From contig NEEC01000008.1 of the NCBI GenBank assembly GCA_002189035.1, forward strand, positions 3,100,001 to 3,164,000: 64,000 nt of DNA, read 5' to 3'. This DNA comes from Utricularia gibba (taxonomy: Eukaryota; Plantae; Magnoliophyta). Of this stretch, positions 13,553-27,912 are shown one piece after another (positions within the stretch are counted from its first letter, which is position 1; each line of letters begins with the position of its first letter). The translations under genes and the position numbers were made by a program. The notes under the pieces are model-generated. The model searched no databases, was not told where the DNA came from, and saw only the letters and a program-made list of their open reading frames with translations.

Positions 13553-14790
13553 TGCCTCTCAGCTTGTGCGAGAAAAGCTAAACAAGCCTCGATGCATTTA
13601 TATCCTACAAAAACATTACTTTTATTTGGGGATCCATGCAGAGCAGGTAACGCACAAAGTCCACTTTGATGGATGCTTCTTTAGGGCAGATTAATAATAT
13701 TTTATTTTATTTTATTTTTTAGGGTAGATTGATGCAATTATTATGTACTTTCAACTCTTAATATAGGGCTGGTAAGTGACAAAGTCCACTGTATGTAGGT
13801 GCATGCATGCCATGCCACATTCTTTATTATAATTATTATTTAATTACAGATTGTATTTAGTGCAGCTTCTTTCACTTTAGGGGTTAGACTTCCCTTGGGC
13901 AAGGTTGGGTGTTTGCTTCTCAAGGGGAGCATATCAAAGGAATGAGCATCACACTCTTGTGTCTCTTTGAAGGGCACCCAAGTATGTAGTGTTGAAATTA
14001 AGTATAATTGGTTAAACAAATATACATGAAATTCAAATATTTAATAAATATGAATTATATTAGAAAAAAAATTAAATTCAATTGATTATTAATAATTTAT
14101 AATTTATTATATATTTAATTATTTCACTTTTATTTTTTAATATGAAAATTACTTGTTGTAATTAAATGCATGAGGGAAATGTTCCTGATTTTTATTAAAA
14201 TATTTTCTAATATATTTAAATTGAGTAATCAAACATGCTTTAAGGAATTTTTGATTGACATAAAAAAAATTTAATTTACTTGAGTTTAAATAAAAATGAC
14301 AGATATAATATTTAATTAATGGGATTAGAACTAATATTAGGTAAAGTAATAAAAGATATGATTTTAAATAAACTCGTGTACATAAGATTTAAACATCTTC
14401 GTAATCCTCAATTCCTTGCAATCCATAAAGCAAATACGGTATAATTTTTTGTTATCCGTAGCAATGTTTAACTTCATAATGATTTATCTTTTACGAATCG
14501 CAGGTGAGAGAAAATGTCACATATCATACACTAAAGTACAAGTTGACTATAAATGAGTGTAATAAAATTTAAATGATTTTTGTTGCATTTTAAATTGAAT
14601 ATTGATCTAAAATTTCAAGTTTCACATTTTTTATTAACTGCTTTTTTCTCAAAGAAAAAGGAAAAAATGCAACTTTATACACATTTTATTGCAAAGTACC
14701 GGGAGTTCAGACAACACAAACAACAGACGCATAAATTAGAAATCCATAAAAGCGCCAGAGGCCTCTCCGGAGTTACCTGTGGAAACAGAG

Positions 14791-17543
14791 TTAACAGATC
14801 GGAAGAGGAGCGCCATTCCAACCACTAAGGCACTTCAATAATGGGTCAACGATAAGGCCGTTACTCACTGCCGTGAAGACCTTCTCCGCCTCCTCGCCCG
14901 GCGAGGTCACCTTTTCTCCGGTCAAGAATCTGGCACCGAGCTCCTCCCTCACGAATTTGTACAGAGGATATGATCTGCATTCTGATATTCTGTTCGCGAT
15001 GGCAGGGTTCCCATTTTCCAACGCCGTTCTTGCACTTTCGACCTCCTTCACCAACAGGGTATTCAATTCTCCCTCGAAAGATTCAATCTTTTGGAAGATG
15101 GAAGTGTTAACGTTCTTCTCGTTCTCGCCGTTCTTCAACGCGTGCTCCACCAGGACCTGTCTCAGTTTCTGCATCAATGGGTAGCTCGCGCTGCAGGGAT
15201 CGTCAATGTACGCGAAGACGTATTCGCGATCGACGACGCGGAGGAGGTCCTTCTCGCAGAAGCGTGAAGGGTGGAGCTCGCCGTTAACGCCGGTGGTTAG
15301 ATTCCTTTTGGCTACTTGGCTCACGGTGTTCTTCACAGCGTGGCGGAGATTCTCCTCCAGGTGACGGAGATCAATTGCTTGGCACAGTGCGATCAGATAA
15401 GTAGAAGACATCAGTTTCAGAATATCCAGAGCTTCAACTGTCTTCCTTGAAGAGATCAATCCCAGAGAATTCACATCCTGGTTATGTTGCTCTGCACTCT
15501 GAACATGGTTCGTGACCGGATTCGCCAAAAACTGAAGCTCAGAGCAGTAAGAGGCCATGGCGATTTCAGCTCCTTTTAAACCATAATCAAGACTTGGGTT
15601 TCTCCCACCAGACAGATTCGACGGTAACCCATTGTTGTAGAAATCATTCACCAGCTCTGAAAACTGCGCAAACATCAATTTCCCGATTGAAGCGATTGCT
15701 AGTCTCGCATTATCCATGGCGGTTCCAATTGGAGTGCCCTGAAAATTTCCACCATGTAAAGCCTTGTTCCTTGAAACGTCGATCAATGGGTTGTCGTTAA
15801 CAGAGTTGATTTCCCTCTCATCATCTTCGTTGCTGTTCTGAGAACTTCGATCTGAGGTCCCAGCCATTGGGGCGACGTTCTCAGAGCATAACGATCTTGC
15901 TTCGGCTTCTGCAATGGATCCATTTCATGGAGTTTTTGAGCAGCTTTCACATAAGAGCTTCCATCTAGAATATGTTCCATTATCGCAGCAGCTTCAATTT
16001 GCCCAGGATGATGCTTCAGTTTATGGGTCAAATGATCAGTAAACTCCGGCTTCCCATTCATCACCTCCGCGAAAACGGCAGATAGAACTTCTGATAAAAC
16101 CGCTAGAATGTTGGCTTCGTAGAGAGCAATCGAGGCTAATCCAGAACCAACGGCGGTGCCGTTAACCAGAGCAAGGCCTTCTTTGGGCTGCAATTCGAAG
16201 AAACCCGATTCGACGCCGGCGAGCTTGAATGCCTCCGTCGCGGAAAGGGTTTCCCCGTTGGGTCCTACAGCTTTTGAATTGGGGCGGCCGGTGAGTAATC
16301 CGGCGATGTAGGACAAAGGGACGAGATCGCCGGACGCCGTGATGGTGCCGCGGAGGGGTAAACAAGGTGTAATGTTGGTGTTAAGGAATTTCGTCAGGGC
16401 TTCCAAAATCTCGAAACGGATGCCAGAGTAACCCTGGAGGAGAGTATTGATCCTGACCAGCATCGCCGCCCTTGTGGCGGATTGCGGCAGCGCGTGGCTG
16501 CCCTCCACCCCGCTCCCGAAAATTCCGGCATTAAGAAACCTGAATAAAAAAGTACAAAATCAATACAATATTTTATAATTCAAAACGGCAATAAATCCAT
16601 CAATATAAATACTTATTTTAAATTGTCCAGTTGGGAGTTTGAGAAAACACGTCACGTTCCGACACGTGGCCTCCCCTAATACTAACCTACGCGCTCCTCA
16701 ACTATATTTAACATAATTAGGTGAATAATAAAGCTGTGGGGCCCCCAGAATTCCACTCTAAATTAGTAATTATTCGAAATTAGTAGTAACTGCCACCCAA
16801 ACTCACCGAAGAGCAATTGATTACAAGATAAGCGACAATTTCTCCGAAAAACATTGAAATAATAGCCCAAAATAATATCAAAACATTTTTTAATAAAAAA
16901 ATCGCTTTTAAGACCCCAGAATAAAAACCTCAATGAATGTGCAACGTGGGGTGCTGATAGAGACAAGAACTCCAAGGTCTCTAGTGAATTTTTGGGAATA
17001 TAATCCAGAAAATTTCTTTAAGGCTGAGAATAATCAATCACTAATCTCGAAACTGGGAAAAAAATGGGGGATTTTTGCTCGTTATTTTATTTTTTAATTT
17101 ATTTTTGGTAAAAATATATAATTATATGCAACGGAAAAACTAACGTTTTAATGAAGAACAAGGCGGTTACCTGATAAGCTCTCTCTGGAGAGCGCCGCCC
17201 TGTTTGGTTCTCCGGTGGGAGGTGGCGCCAAATCCGGTAGTGACTCCGTAGCTATCAGTCCCCTTGTTCATGCTCTCCATGATCCAGTCACTACTCGCCT
17301 TGACACCCGCCCTCGCCGCCTCCGCCAGGGTGACGGTGACATCCCCCGAGGCGATCGCGGCGACTTGCCCCACCGTCAAACTCTCCCCTCCAATCTCAAC
17401 CTCCCCCTTCCTGAAATCCGCGACCATCTTCTTCACCTCGTCCAAATGACTCCCCGCAGCGCCGCCGCGGCCGCCTCCCAATTCAACGGATCAGTGCTCT
17501 GTTTCAAGCAGAACCCGTTTTGCACATGCCCATTTTCAGCCAT
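14791..17543 (-). CDS. PAL: Phenylalanine ammonia-lyase; exon 1 17543-17171, exon 2 16539-14791; two apparent 1-bp deletions (17452-17455 and about 15820)
   Basis: [22 protein letters not shown] motif [25 protein letters not shown]-terminal WNGAPLPIC*. Intron splits the Arg codon at the conserved position. RFLNAG (Phe, not His) indicates Phe-specific PAL rather than PTAL. Confidence 0.97.
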
Positions 17544-17627
17544 TGCTGCAGATGGAAGTGCTCAGAAATCTCTTTGAATGTTTGGTGGGATGAGATTTCT
17601 GAAGAAGAGGTAGTTGAGAAGCAGGGC

Positions 17628-17899
17628 TTTAAATAGATGACAGTGTAATTCGATACGTAGAGATTTTGGTAGGTGGGGGAAGGAGCTTGAGGAGAAGATG
17701 GGGCAGTCGGCAAGTCAATAAGTTATGGAGGGGAGTTGGTTGAGAATCCATCTGCACCGTCGGTTGCAGAGATTTGGACGGATGAGATCTCATGGAGAGC
17801 ATGGTTACGTTTTTGTGTGCTGTGTAGGTGAGTTTTTTCCGGTCTAAATTGGTTGTAGGATGTGTTCCTTCCTGTGGGTGCGGTTGGTGAAGGGTAGGT
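17628..17899 (-). promoter_or_regulatory. PAL proximal promoter: TATA-like element plus Box L, Box P, Box A and extra AC elements (R2R3-MYB sites)
   Basis: Minus strand: TCTATTTAAA (about 17628-17637), CCCCACCTACC (17668-17678, Box L), TCTCAACCAACTCC (17731-17744, Box P-like), CCGTCC (17776-17781, Box A), ACCAACC (17882-17888), ACCTACC (17893-17899). Confidence 0.8.
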
Positions 17900-20800
17900 T
17901 AAGTATGCATAATTACTCTTAAACATCAAAATTATCGCTTTATTCCATACTAAACCCACACAAATTATATGAGTTGTGACCCCATATTCTTGCATAATTC
18001 AATATTCCACCCCTTAAACCCGATGTGGCCTGTGCGCAAACCGAAAAACAATGGGACCTGAATGTGAATGTGCATGAATTTGGCACCACTCCCCCCTCTT
18101 GAACTTATTTACAGGGGACAAATTAACGTTCAATTCCTAATAAAAAAATATTTTTTAAACGGTGGAAATAAAAAAAACCCAAAATTAGGGTTTGTTCTAG
18201 GCGTTTTAGGTGAAATGTGACGAAGGGATCAATTTAGAAGTCCACGTCAGAATTGGTAGATTCTCTAAGCTAGAAGCCACGTCATCTTTGATGGAGACTA
18301 AATTTTATCTACTAAAATTTGTTTTTTTTAAAAAAAACCAATTTATATTTCGTTAGATTTTCGACAATAAGATTAGAATCATTTACAAATATATCTTTTA
18401 AAAAACTTAACGTGAATATTAAGTAATGTTTTTACACAGACGTCAACCTATTTCAATATTACCTATAAAATTATTGTATCCTAAATTAAAAAAATTAAAT
18501 AAGAGAAAAAAAGTGGAAGTTTCTGTGGGCGAAAGTTCTAGTAAAATGAATGCAGTTAACCAACTCGGTGATGAAAATTCAGCCACGGTCGGGGGGCGCG
18601 TTCACATGTGGGAGGGGGTAGGTGGAACCGGTGGGGCTGCATCTCCGAACCAAAACCAAATAAATAAGAGGCAGTCAGGCGCACAACAATGAACACACCA
18701 GCTAATGCGCACACTCACGTGGTGTACGTACATTTCCACAGAATGTGTGTGATGGGCCGGGTCGGGTTAGGGGCTTCAAATCAATTAAAGTTTAATCATG
18801 CTTTTTTCATATATTTTAATAAATTATATTAAATTTCATTAAAATATCAAATATCAATATTAAATACTAATAGTATAATGTTAAAATTTTTTTATCTATT
18901 GAATGCAACTTTTATTCTTTTTTATTCTTAGGTTTGTAAATAATTAAACTTTAGATTGAAAAAAACTTAAATTTAAAACTCATAACCTAATTCTTTATTC
19001 ACCGATGATTTTTTGAAAATCAGTTAATCGTGCTTCCATCGACTACTCCTCCCTCACGGGCTAAGATGCTGAGGGCAACCAGAGTGTGAACTGAAGTGGC
19101 AATCACGAGAGAAATAATTTAAAATATATACTTGATTATTTTATTTTTAATTACTGATATATGATTGTTTGTTTTAATAAAATATATTAGATTAGTGTAC
19201 ATTGTGTGTTTGTAAAGTGGGAAGTGCAACTAGATTTTGCACTAGGAGGAGAGGAATTAAATATGAATGGTCCACAACAAGGCTGGCACACTTAGCATGC
19301 AATTGCCTCCATTGATAAGATTCTAAGCCTGCCTTCCTGCCCTCCCATCCAATCCATGTGATCCGGTCCGGATACTTCGTTCATGCCCCGACTGTCAGTC
19401 CTACTATTACTCTCACCATGTGCCTGCATGGAGGCGTCACGTGCACTTTTCTTTGTGTTTTTTTTTTTTCTAGCCTAAAATAAAGCAAACAAGTATCATG
19501 GTTTCACCTGCCCACTCCCGACATGTGATGGGCTGAAAAAGCAGTATCCAGTACCCGGGTTATGTTGGTTCATTGAAGTCTGGTCATCGGATGAAGGTTG
19601 AATTTTGAAGAATTAGTTGGTTGTGCTGGTTCATGAAGATCTGATGAAAGTTGAGTCTCGAAGGATGGTCTTATGTTAATACACAACTTGAAGATATAAT
19701 AAAAAATGAATCGGTATTCTTTAAAAAAAATGCTGCTGATTTTGGTTTGTGTGAATAATACATAAATATTGGGGTGGGCCGAGTCTGGGATTCATGTTTG
19801 GGTCTCTATTGAAGAGAAGTTTTCCCTCAGGCCCATCGGAAGCGAAACCGGAAGGGTGGAGACCGGAGAGGCGACGACATGGCTGCTTTTTGGCGGGTTG
19901 AGGCGTGGTTCTCACTCTCCCGTCTCTGAGCTTTGGCCCCTGAAACCGGTGGCATTTTTCTGCTCCTCCACCTCGTCGGAAAATCCCAGCTTCGTTCATT
20001 GGGACCTGCATTGATTTTAACAAATCGATCCATTCCTTCTGATACATTCGAGCATCTGTAAAACTGGGATACACAAGAAGAAGAATGGAGACGGGGACTG
20101 TGGACGACGGAAAAGGGTTGCCGGCACCGACATAAATTCCTTGGCAAAAACTAACGTTAAATTTTGCCCATCCCACCAACTCAACCAACTCATCTCACTG
20201 TCTAATCCTTAAAAAATAATCATGGTGTATGATTCACAGAAGAAAGACGATGGTCAAAAGCCGACACCAGTGGACGACCCACCCATAAGAACCCCCTCAT
20301 TGCCAATTTGAATCTGAAACCAGTCCCGTCTGCAATCAAAACTGCTGTGATCCGCACAAGAACGTCGAAAGATGACCACCATTTACGCCAAACCGAGAAA
20401 AATAACTCATACAACTAATGTCATATACGGTCATATTGAGTGTATAATAGAGTAAGAATATAATATTAAAGTAGTGTTCTGAAAAATTTTTAAAAATTGT
20501 TTTTATTTTTTTAAATTAATTTAGAAAAGTAGAAATAAGAATTAAAACTAATCAACTTATTACTTTTTTTAAAAAATAATTTTTATATTATAATTTAAAA
20601 GTATTTTTGATATAATTAATTTTACAATTAAAATTGTTTTATAATAAAATTATTTTTATTTCTAAAAAATAAAAATTGATTTTAAAAATAGATAAAAAAA
20701 AAGATTTCCATCTTCTATCAAAGTTTTTAATAAAAAAACCTAAAATGGTGAGGATTAGATATTCAAATTAATAAATTAGCAAGATAAGATGTATGGTTAC

Positions 20801-22860
20801 ATTCTCATGATTTCATCGAAATCTCAAAGCAAAAATGTTATTATATTTTTTAAGCGATCCATCAAACAAAAGATGACTCAATGAAACTGCGTCCCGCAGG
20901 TAGATCGACTGTCGAGCGAGCAAATGGCTGGGTATTTTTTAAACAAAAACAAATTCCGAAATACAAGGAATGACGTGTAAATAAGAGACTGGGTGCACGT
21001 GAGCGCGTTATGAGGTCAATAAATTTGACCACTTTTTTTGTAAACCATGTGGGCCATGTTCGTAGTGGGCCACCGCCAGCCCACTTCGGCCTGTCGATTG
21101 TGGTTTGCCTCCGACAGGAATAAAGCACATGTGTTTCAAACTAAATATTACTTATCCTTTCGATATATATAAAAAAAGAAATGCGTTATTCAGCCGGCAC
21201 GTGCAATCTAAAATAAACATGGTAAATAAAACAATAATGATTATTTTACTAATAGGTAACAAATAGTATTTTAAAATAGAATTGAATCCACATTCAAGTT
21301 TAATTGTATTTTTTGAGTTAAAATTTTTTTTTATAATGGGTCAAATCCGATTCAATATATTTTAAATTTATTACAAAAACAAAAATAATTATTTAAATTT
21401 TTTATAAAAAAATATTGAACCCAAATTCAAAAAATCACGAGTTCGAATTGAACCTGGGTTCAACTTCGGGTTTTCAAACATTGATAATAAAATAACTAGT
21501 AAACTTGTAAGAAAAAACATCTTGTAATAAAAGAAATTAATGTGTACGGCCAAGGAAGTTGTCTTCATATGATCATTGCCCTAACGTGAGCCATTCATTA
21601 CTCAAGAAGAGACCAATGTTCACGGATCCTTTTCCTAGGTATTTTCTCTTTAAAAATATCTTATTATTGATGTGATTTATTTATGACACGAAGGTAATCC
21701 ACACATAACCACGGGTTATATACCATTTAGAAAATTGGACATAACTAAATCATAATATCTATAAGGTAAGAAAAACGAAATACAATATTGTAAAATTAAT
21801 GTGATTTTAATAAATGAGGGGGTTTTAAATGTGTAATATGCAAGAAGAATCTTTGCCTATTGGTAGTGAGTTTCTATGCAAATATAAGGGTATATTTGGT
21901 TCTCATTTTTTGAGGAGTATTTTTATGTAAGTATTTTTAATAAAATAAAAATTGAGGGTCTTAAATTTTTTTTTTAAAAAAATTGCTTTTAAAATTTTAT
22001 TTTTTAATAAAAATAATCCATGTTTGATAGTAAAATGGATTCTAAAAAAACTTTTTATAAATATAAAGTGTGTAGGCATAATTGGAGTGTGCATTAATGT
22101 TGACTTTTTTATAAAGTAAATGGATAAGCTCTTATCCAAAATGACAAATCCCTTTGAGAGTCCATCAGCAAAATGGAATTTGAATCAAGTTGACATCTAC
22201 TCCTACAAATGGCATCATGTGTCAATATATACAAAAAATTATATCAAATAATACACATACTTATATGTGTTTTAAATTTATTTGATTAATTGGTATTTGA
22301 TATTCTATCAATTAATAAGATATGATTCAGTATTTGTTACTATAACACACAAGTTACATACATATGTCATCAAAATTAAGAAATATTGAAATGTTAATCT
22401 TTGGTTTGACCAATTCAAACTAGATTTAGAATCGAATTTAATCAGACACAATTTATAATGTGTTGAAATCTGATTTTAAAATTTTTTAGTATGATGATAG
22501 ATTCTTAATTAATGGACTTGCACATAAATTCATGCAAAGTTTATCGTTTATATTATAACTCAATTCACATGTTGCTTGGAGTCAACATATCTATTGATTA
22601 TTCCCCCAAAAATAAAGTAATAAATACTACCCAGAAAATTTGAAAATTTTGAATGTAAATCAGGAAAAAAATTATTGTGGTACACTAATGCATGCTCCGT
22701 TGAATATTTTATGGTTTATATATATATTAAAATTTGGAAAAAATACAAGGATATGCAATATTTTATAAATTAGTTCAGTGTATTCCTTTTATTAGATTTT
22801 TGATTGAAAATTTTTTGTAATTAATTGAAATGAATTCATTGATTTAAATTGTACATATTA

Positions 22861-22863
<3 letters not shown>

Positions 22864-22904
<41 letters not shown>
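22864..22904. repeat. (TA)n microsatellite, about 20 units
   Basis: Uninterrupted TA run read directly from the sequence. Confidence 0.95.
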
Positions 22905-22909
<5 letters not shown>

Positions 22910-24107
22910 TTGAAAATTCTTATTTTTGCAAGGCTACAACTTGAATATCATATTGTAGAAATCTATATTACATTAGGATACAAAATTTATCTAAAATTCA
23001 AAAAAAAGTCAAGTGTATATCAATATTAATAACTATTGGGAGTAGAAGGATATTTCTTTTATAGACAGATTTAGAGGGTTAATTTAAAAATCAAGGTACA
23101 TTTAATAAGTTGATTTTATTAAACTCGCATAAAATTCATATAAAAGTGATTTTTATAAATTAATTTAGTAGAATAATATTTGAAGTTGTAATTTTAAATT
23201 ATATATAAGAAAATGAATTTTTAAATTATGTAAAAATAAATAAAATTTGAAATTATAAAATTATTTTATGAAATATTATATTTTAAAATTTTCTTTATAT
23301 AGTTTCAAAATCAACTATATACTATATAATTTTAAGCACAATTTTAAATTACGTAACAAGTATTATATATATGTATTAAATTTATTGTAGTATGATGATA
23401 TATACATGTAAAAAAATTATAATATAATTTTTAAAATTTTATATTAATTATTAGAATAATTAATTTAAGAATTTAAATTTTTGGGTTTTACTATGCATCC
23501 AATTTAAGATAGGGTTCATGGAGAATTGCTGATTTCCCATACTTTGTTTCGTATCCGGCGTCGGAATCTTGTAAAAACAAAAATTGATAAGTGTTTTGAA
23601 AATACGAGGAAGATGCCGAGAAGGAAGGGACGGAGGAACAGGGCACGCAGGGTTGTGGAGAATTATGCTGGATGCGTGAGAGTAGTGGGCGGCTGGTTAA
23701 TGCTCAACAGCTTTGGAATCTCAAAGAGTTGCACGTGCAAGGGCCCTGGTCTGGTGCTCCCATGGCCATGGATGATGGATGGGATCTTAAGCCGAAGTAA
23801 ACCCCTCCAGCTTCTCCCACCCACGTTGAAATCACAAAGGAGAAAGAGAAAAATTGGTCAAGCGAAAAGGAAAAAAAAAAAAAGTGAAATGAATTCAAGG
23901 GACTTACTTTGTAAGTTGTTGTGCCTTCTTTCCCCTGCCATACTATCGCCTTCCTTCCACTCTGTCTCTCTTTTTTTCTTCTCTCTCTGTGTACCCATTT
24001 ATACTTGTTAACGTTGTGTGTGCTGTTGTATGTGCGCCCATTTTTGGTCGGTGTCTGGTGAATCATTCTGTTTGTTTCATAACCCAGCATACTGAAGAGG
24101 GGGGAAG

Positions 24108-26300
24108 ATGGAGATTGATGGTGAAGTGAATGCGTCAAGGTTTAAGAGGATTTGTGTCTTCTGTGGGAGTAGCCATGGGAAGAAGATAAGTTATCAGGAA
24201 GCAGCCATTGAGCTTGGAAGAGTTTTGGTAGTTTTAAAGTTTCCTGTTTTAAGCTTTTGGGTTCTTCTCCCTGAATGTGTTCGATGATTGTTCTCAGTTG
24301 TTTGTGTGTTGTCATGGGTCACATTTTTTTTTTTCTGTCTTTTCATGAATTGGATATGAGTATTGTGTTCTGAAAAAAATACTGTCTGGGGGGTGATGGG
24401 AATCTCCTATTTCTGTGTTTTGTTCGGCCCGCTTGAAATGACACATTTTGAAGGCGTTTATGATGCCTTTCTTTTTGCGTGATTTGCGAAGGTTTCCAGA
24501 AGAATTGATCTTGTGTATGGAGGAGGAAGTGTTGGGCTAATGGGACTGGTTTCTCAAGCTGTTCATGATGGTGGTCGCCATGTTATTGGGTAACGAAGCT
24601 TCTTCATCATCTTCTTCCTCCTCTTCACCCTGTTCTTTCACTGGAATTTGAAATATTCCCTTTCGTTGATTGAATACCCATTCTTCTTTCAACGGAACTG
24701 ATTCGTGTCTTTCACAAACAGGGTGATTCCCAAAACACTCATGCCTCGAGAGGTATGTAATTTAATGGTTGTCTTTCCTCTGAAAAGATTGGGGAATCCA
24801 AACACGATGAGAATTTTCTTATGGCAATTGGTTATGTTTGCGTTCATTCTGTTTCTACTTGTTCAACGTTTATGTGCTCTGGGTTTTTTTCTGGTCTTTG
24901 TGGAAAATTATCCTCCAGCTCAATGAACAGGTTTCTGGGTCAAGGCCAAAAGAAAAAGTTGCTCAGATTTTTGCCTTTTCTGTTTAACCCTTGATGATCC
25001 ATTGGCTCTGCCTCACTTGCACATTTTTGTATTCTTCTTCTTGGCTTTTTCTGTCTGAAAAAGTCAAGCTTGTGACCCTAATTAATGACCATCTCTGTGC
25101 TGATTTGTACAATTTCTGTGCGAGTATTCATTTCTTTCATGCAAATGCACACTACCCAATACAAACATCCTGCCGAGAAAAAACCTCTGTTTTCAGCTTT
25201 AATCACGGCTCTATCTTTTGCAGTTTACTGGGGAAACTGTAGGTGAAGTGAAGGCAGTTGCGGATATGCATCAAAGGAAAGCCGAAATGGCGAGACATTC
25301 AGATGCCTTCATCGCCTTACCAGGTTCATCCACCATCTTCCTCTTTGGCCAAATTAACCAAAACACCATGGGGAGTAACAGAAAGAAGCTCGTTGCTTTC
25401 CCCGTTTCATCTTTCTTCTTTTTCTTCTTGCTTCTTCACCCTAAACTTGCCACAGGAATTCGAACTAGGAGTTGACCCCCCTATAATTTTGCACTGACTA
25501 TTAAGCTTATTTGAAGACAAACAGACAGGAAAATTCCACTACTTTTTTAGTTCGCACATGTTCTTGTTTAGTAGGGAGTTGTACTTTGGAGCTTTTAGCC
25601 GACATTTTGGTGTATGAGGGCCGCCTAAATGTCCCTTCTGATCCACTTAAATTTGTGGGGTTAGTCCCCCACCCCCTAATATCCAGTGTAATGATGCCGC
25701 TCATTTATTGGATTAAGAAACATTAAAGCCCCGGCATCACAAAGCAACCAACTTAATGGAGCGCAATGAAGGCTGGGAATGTTGGGTAGATCATCTTATA
25801 CACCCTGTTTGTTTCTGTGTGCAACAGGTGGCTATGGAACACTGGAGGAGCTCCTCGAAGTCATCACATGGGCTCAGCTAGGCATCCATGACAAGCCAGT
25901 GCGTTCCTCCTACCAAGAAAGAGCTGCTGCTTCCTTCCAGCACTGTCTGTCTTGTCTTGTGTTATCTAACAGCTTCATTTGCAGGTGGGGCTGCTGAACG
26001 TGGATGGATACTACAACTCACTGCTCTCCTTCATCGACAAAGCAGTCGAAGAGGGATTCATCAGCCCCAGCGCCCGGCACATCATCGTGTCCGCACCCAC
26101 CGCCAAGGAACTTGTCAAGAAACTAGAGGTAACCAATCAGCTAACTTCAAAGATTATCAAACCGCAAGGCTAATCTGCATTCCCAAATCAAACACCAGGA
26201 GTACATTCCACGACACGAGAGAGTTCTGAACTGGGAGATGGATCAGCTGGGAGGCTACATAAGACCCGAAGCTCGCTACGTGGAGGTGAAGAAGGCTTGA
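24108..26300 (+). CDS. LOG: LONELY GUY cytokinin riboside 5'-monophosphate phosphoribohydrolase (LOG3/LOG4-like), seven exons
   Basis: [48 protein letters not shown]|[23 protein letters not shown]|[26 protein letters not shown] (PGGxGTxE catalytic motif); all introns GT-AG. Confidence 0.96.
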
Positions 26301-27882
26301 AACAACAGTTCTGCTTGAATTTTTGGCGAAGGGGGGAAATGCTTCTGTATGTATATTCATTGTCTCACCATCCCATGACTTTTGGCATTAAATTCAAAGT
26401 TAGCAGCATTTCATTTACATCGCATCTGGGTGTCAGCAAGAGAGGCACAAGGAATAAGAATAAACCTTCCATATGCCGAACAAGGCGCGGTGCGGTGCAG
26501 TCTAGTTGTGTGATGCCTTCACAGATCAAAAAGCAGGGAGCAGCAGCCCTATCCCCTCCTGCATTCCATATACCTTCGCACATATCAGCTCCCGGAACAC
26601 GTAGAAGTCAGGCATTGGATTCTCTCAGAAACGAAAAGAGGAGTAGAATTATTCAAATATGACACATACACACACACAGTTGATTTATTAAGCTTTCCAA
26701 AACGTAGAACTTTTATGAATCAATGGTCACTTTGCTACATCTTAGTATGGTTTTGGAAATGCCTAAATAATCCAAATAATAGTAGTAAATCAAAAATATT
26801 TTAAATAAAAAATTTTAAAAAATTAATTATATTTAATACATCAGATATTAGAAATTAATTATGTTTGATATACAAAATTTTAAGGGGAAAGTATGAAGGA
26901 AGGGGGAGGGTATGAAAGTTATGTGAAACGGACGTGGCACATGGGGATGGAGTTACTACCAAAGACAGCATAATACCAGTCGTAGGACCGTACACATGAT
27001 GGTCCCCACACCCAACGTTAAGCACCCGGTTGTTAAGTATAAGTGGGCATGGATAACGGTCATTTCCGATATCCACTCGGTTGATCCGAATGGGTCGTAC
27101 CCATAATCGTAAAAAATAGATACCGGATGAGTGTATAGTATACGAGTATGGGTATACTAGATAGTTTGTATTTAAACATATACAATAATAAAAAAATATT
27201 TTTTTTATCGAATGGGTTTGACAATCCAACGAGTTGGGTCCAGACTCATAATTTAAATCTAATTCATGTTAGTATATATAAATTGTGTATTTGATTTTGG
27301 TCAACTCGTGATCCATGATGAGTTTAGAATATCAACTCGTCCACTCTTATCTATCAAATTGTAATTTTTTATATTAACTTGATTTGTTCGACTCGTAACC
27401 TATCGAATCGGATACGTGACCACTTTTATCATGAGATCAAACGTTATTATTTTTTTAACTATATATAACTATATTTATAAAATTTAAGGAAAAACTCATT
27501 TTATATAATTTTTAAGAACATACGATAAGAAAGCGTTGTTTAAATACTTGCTTTCTTAGAATTGCTTTTTTTTTTTACCAAAAAAAATGTTACCCTAAAA
27601 AAATTATTTAATATGGTAAATTTATTTTTTAAATTTATTTTATTTTAGGATATTGAATTTTTTTAACTGTAGTAATCTTAGATAGTTGTCAGCTGCTCTC
27701 ATGAAACCTGGGGTTGCAATGCGGTAATTCGGGTTACAACCGCCAGACTGTTTATTTACTTCCAATTGAGCTGCCACGTCATGCTGTTCAGATTACAATT
27801 GGGCTATTCATTGAGCCCAATCGTCGCATAATCTCTGAGCCCAACAAAATCAAGATTCAATGCAACGTCTCTGGAGTGATGT

Positions 27883-27912
27883 GAGAGAGAGAGTGTGTGT
27901 GTGTGTGTGTGT
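27883..27912. repeat. Compound (GA)n(GT)n microsatellite upstream of NLR copy 1
   Basis: gagagagagagtgtgtgtgtgtgtgtgtgt read directly. Confidence 0.85.

Noticed and set aside
14873-17577. Long antisense ORFs over PAL (similar ones over PIP2, PPR, FBA and the NLRs)
   Set aside because: Shadow frames of GC-rich coding strands; no independent motifs.
18602-18613. USE-like TCCCACATG on the minus strand (snRNA or telomerase RNA promoter)
   Set aside because: Imperfect match, no correctly spaced TATA, and no recognisable snRNA or telomerase RNA downstream.
19260-19560. GC-moderate block checked for a conserved miRNA
   Set aside because: No match to the conserved plant mature miRNAs I could recall, and no convincing foldback.
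26980-27430. MITE/hAT-like segment rich in GGGTC/ACCC motifs
   Set aside because: No clear TIR or TSD pair could be defined by eye.
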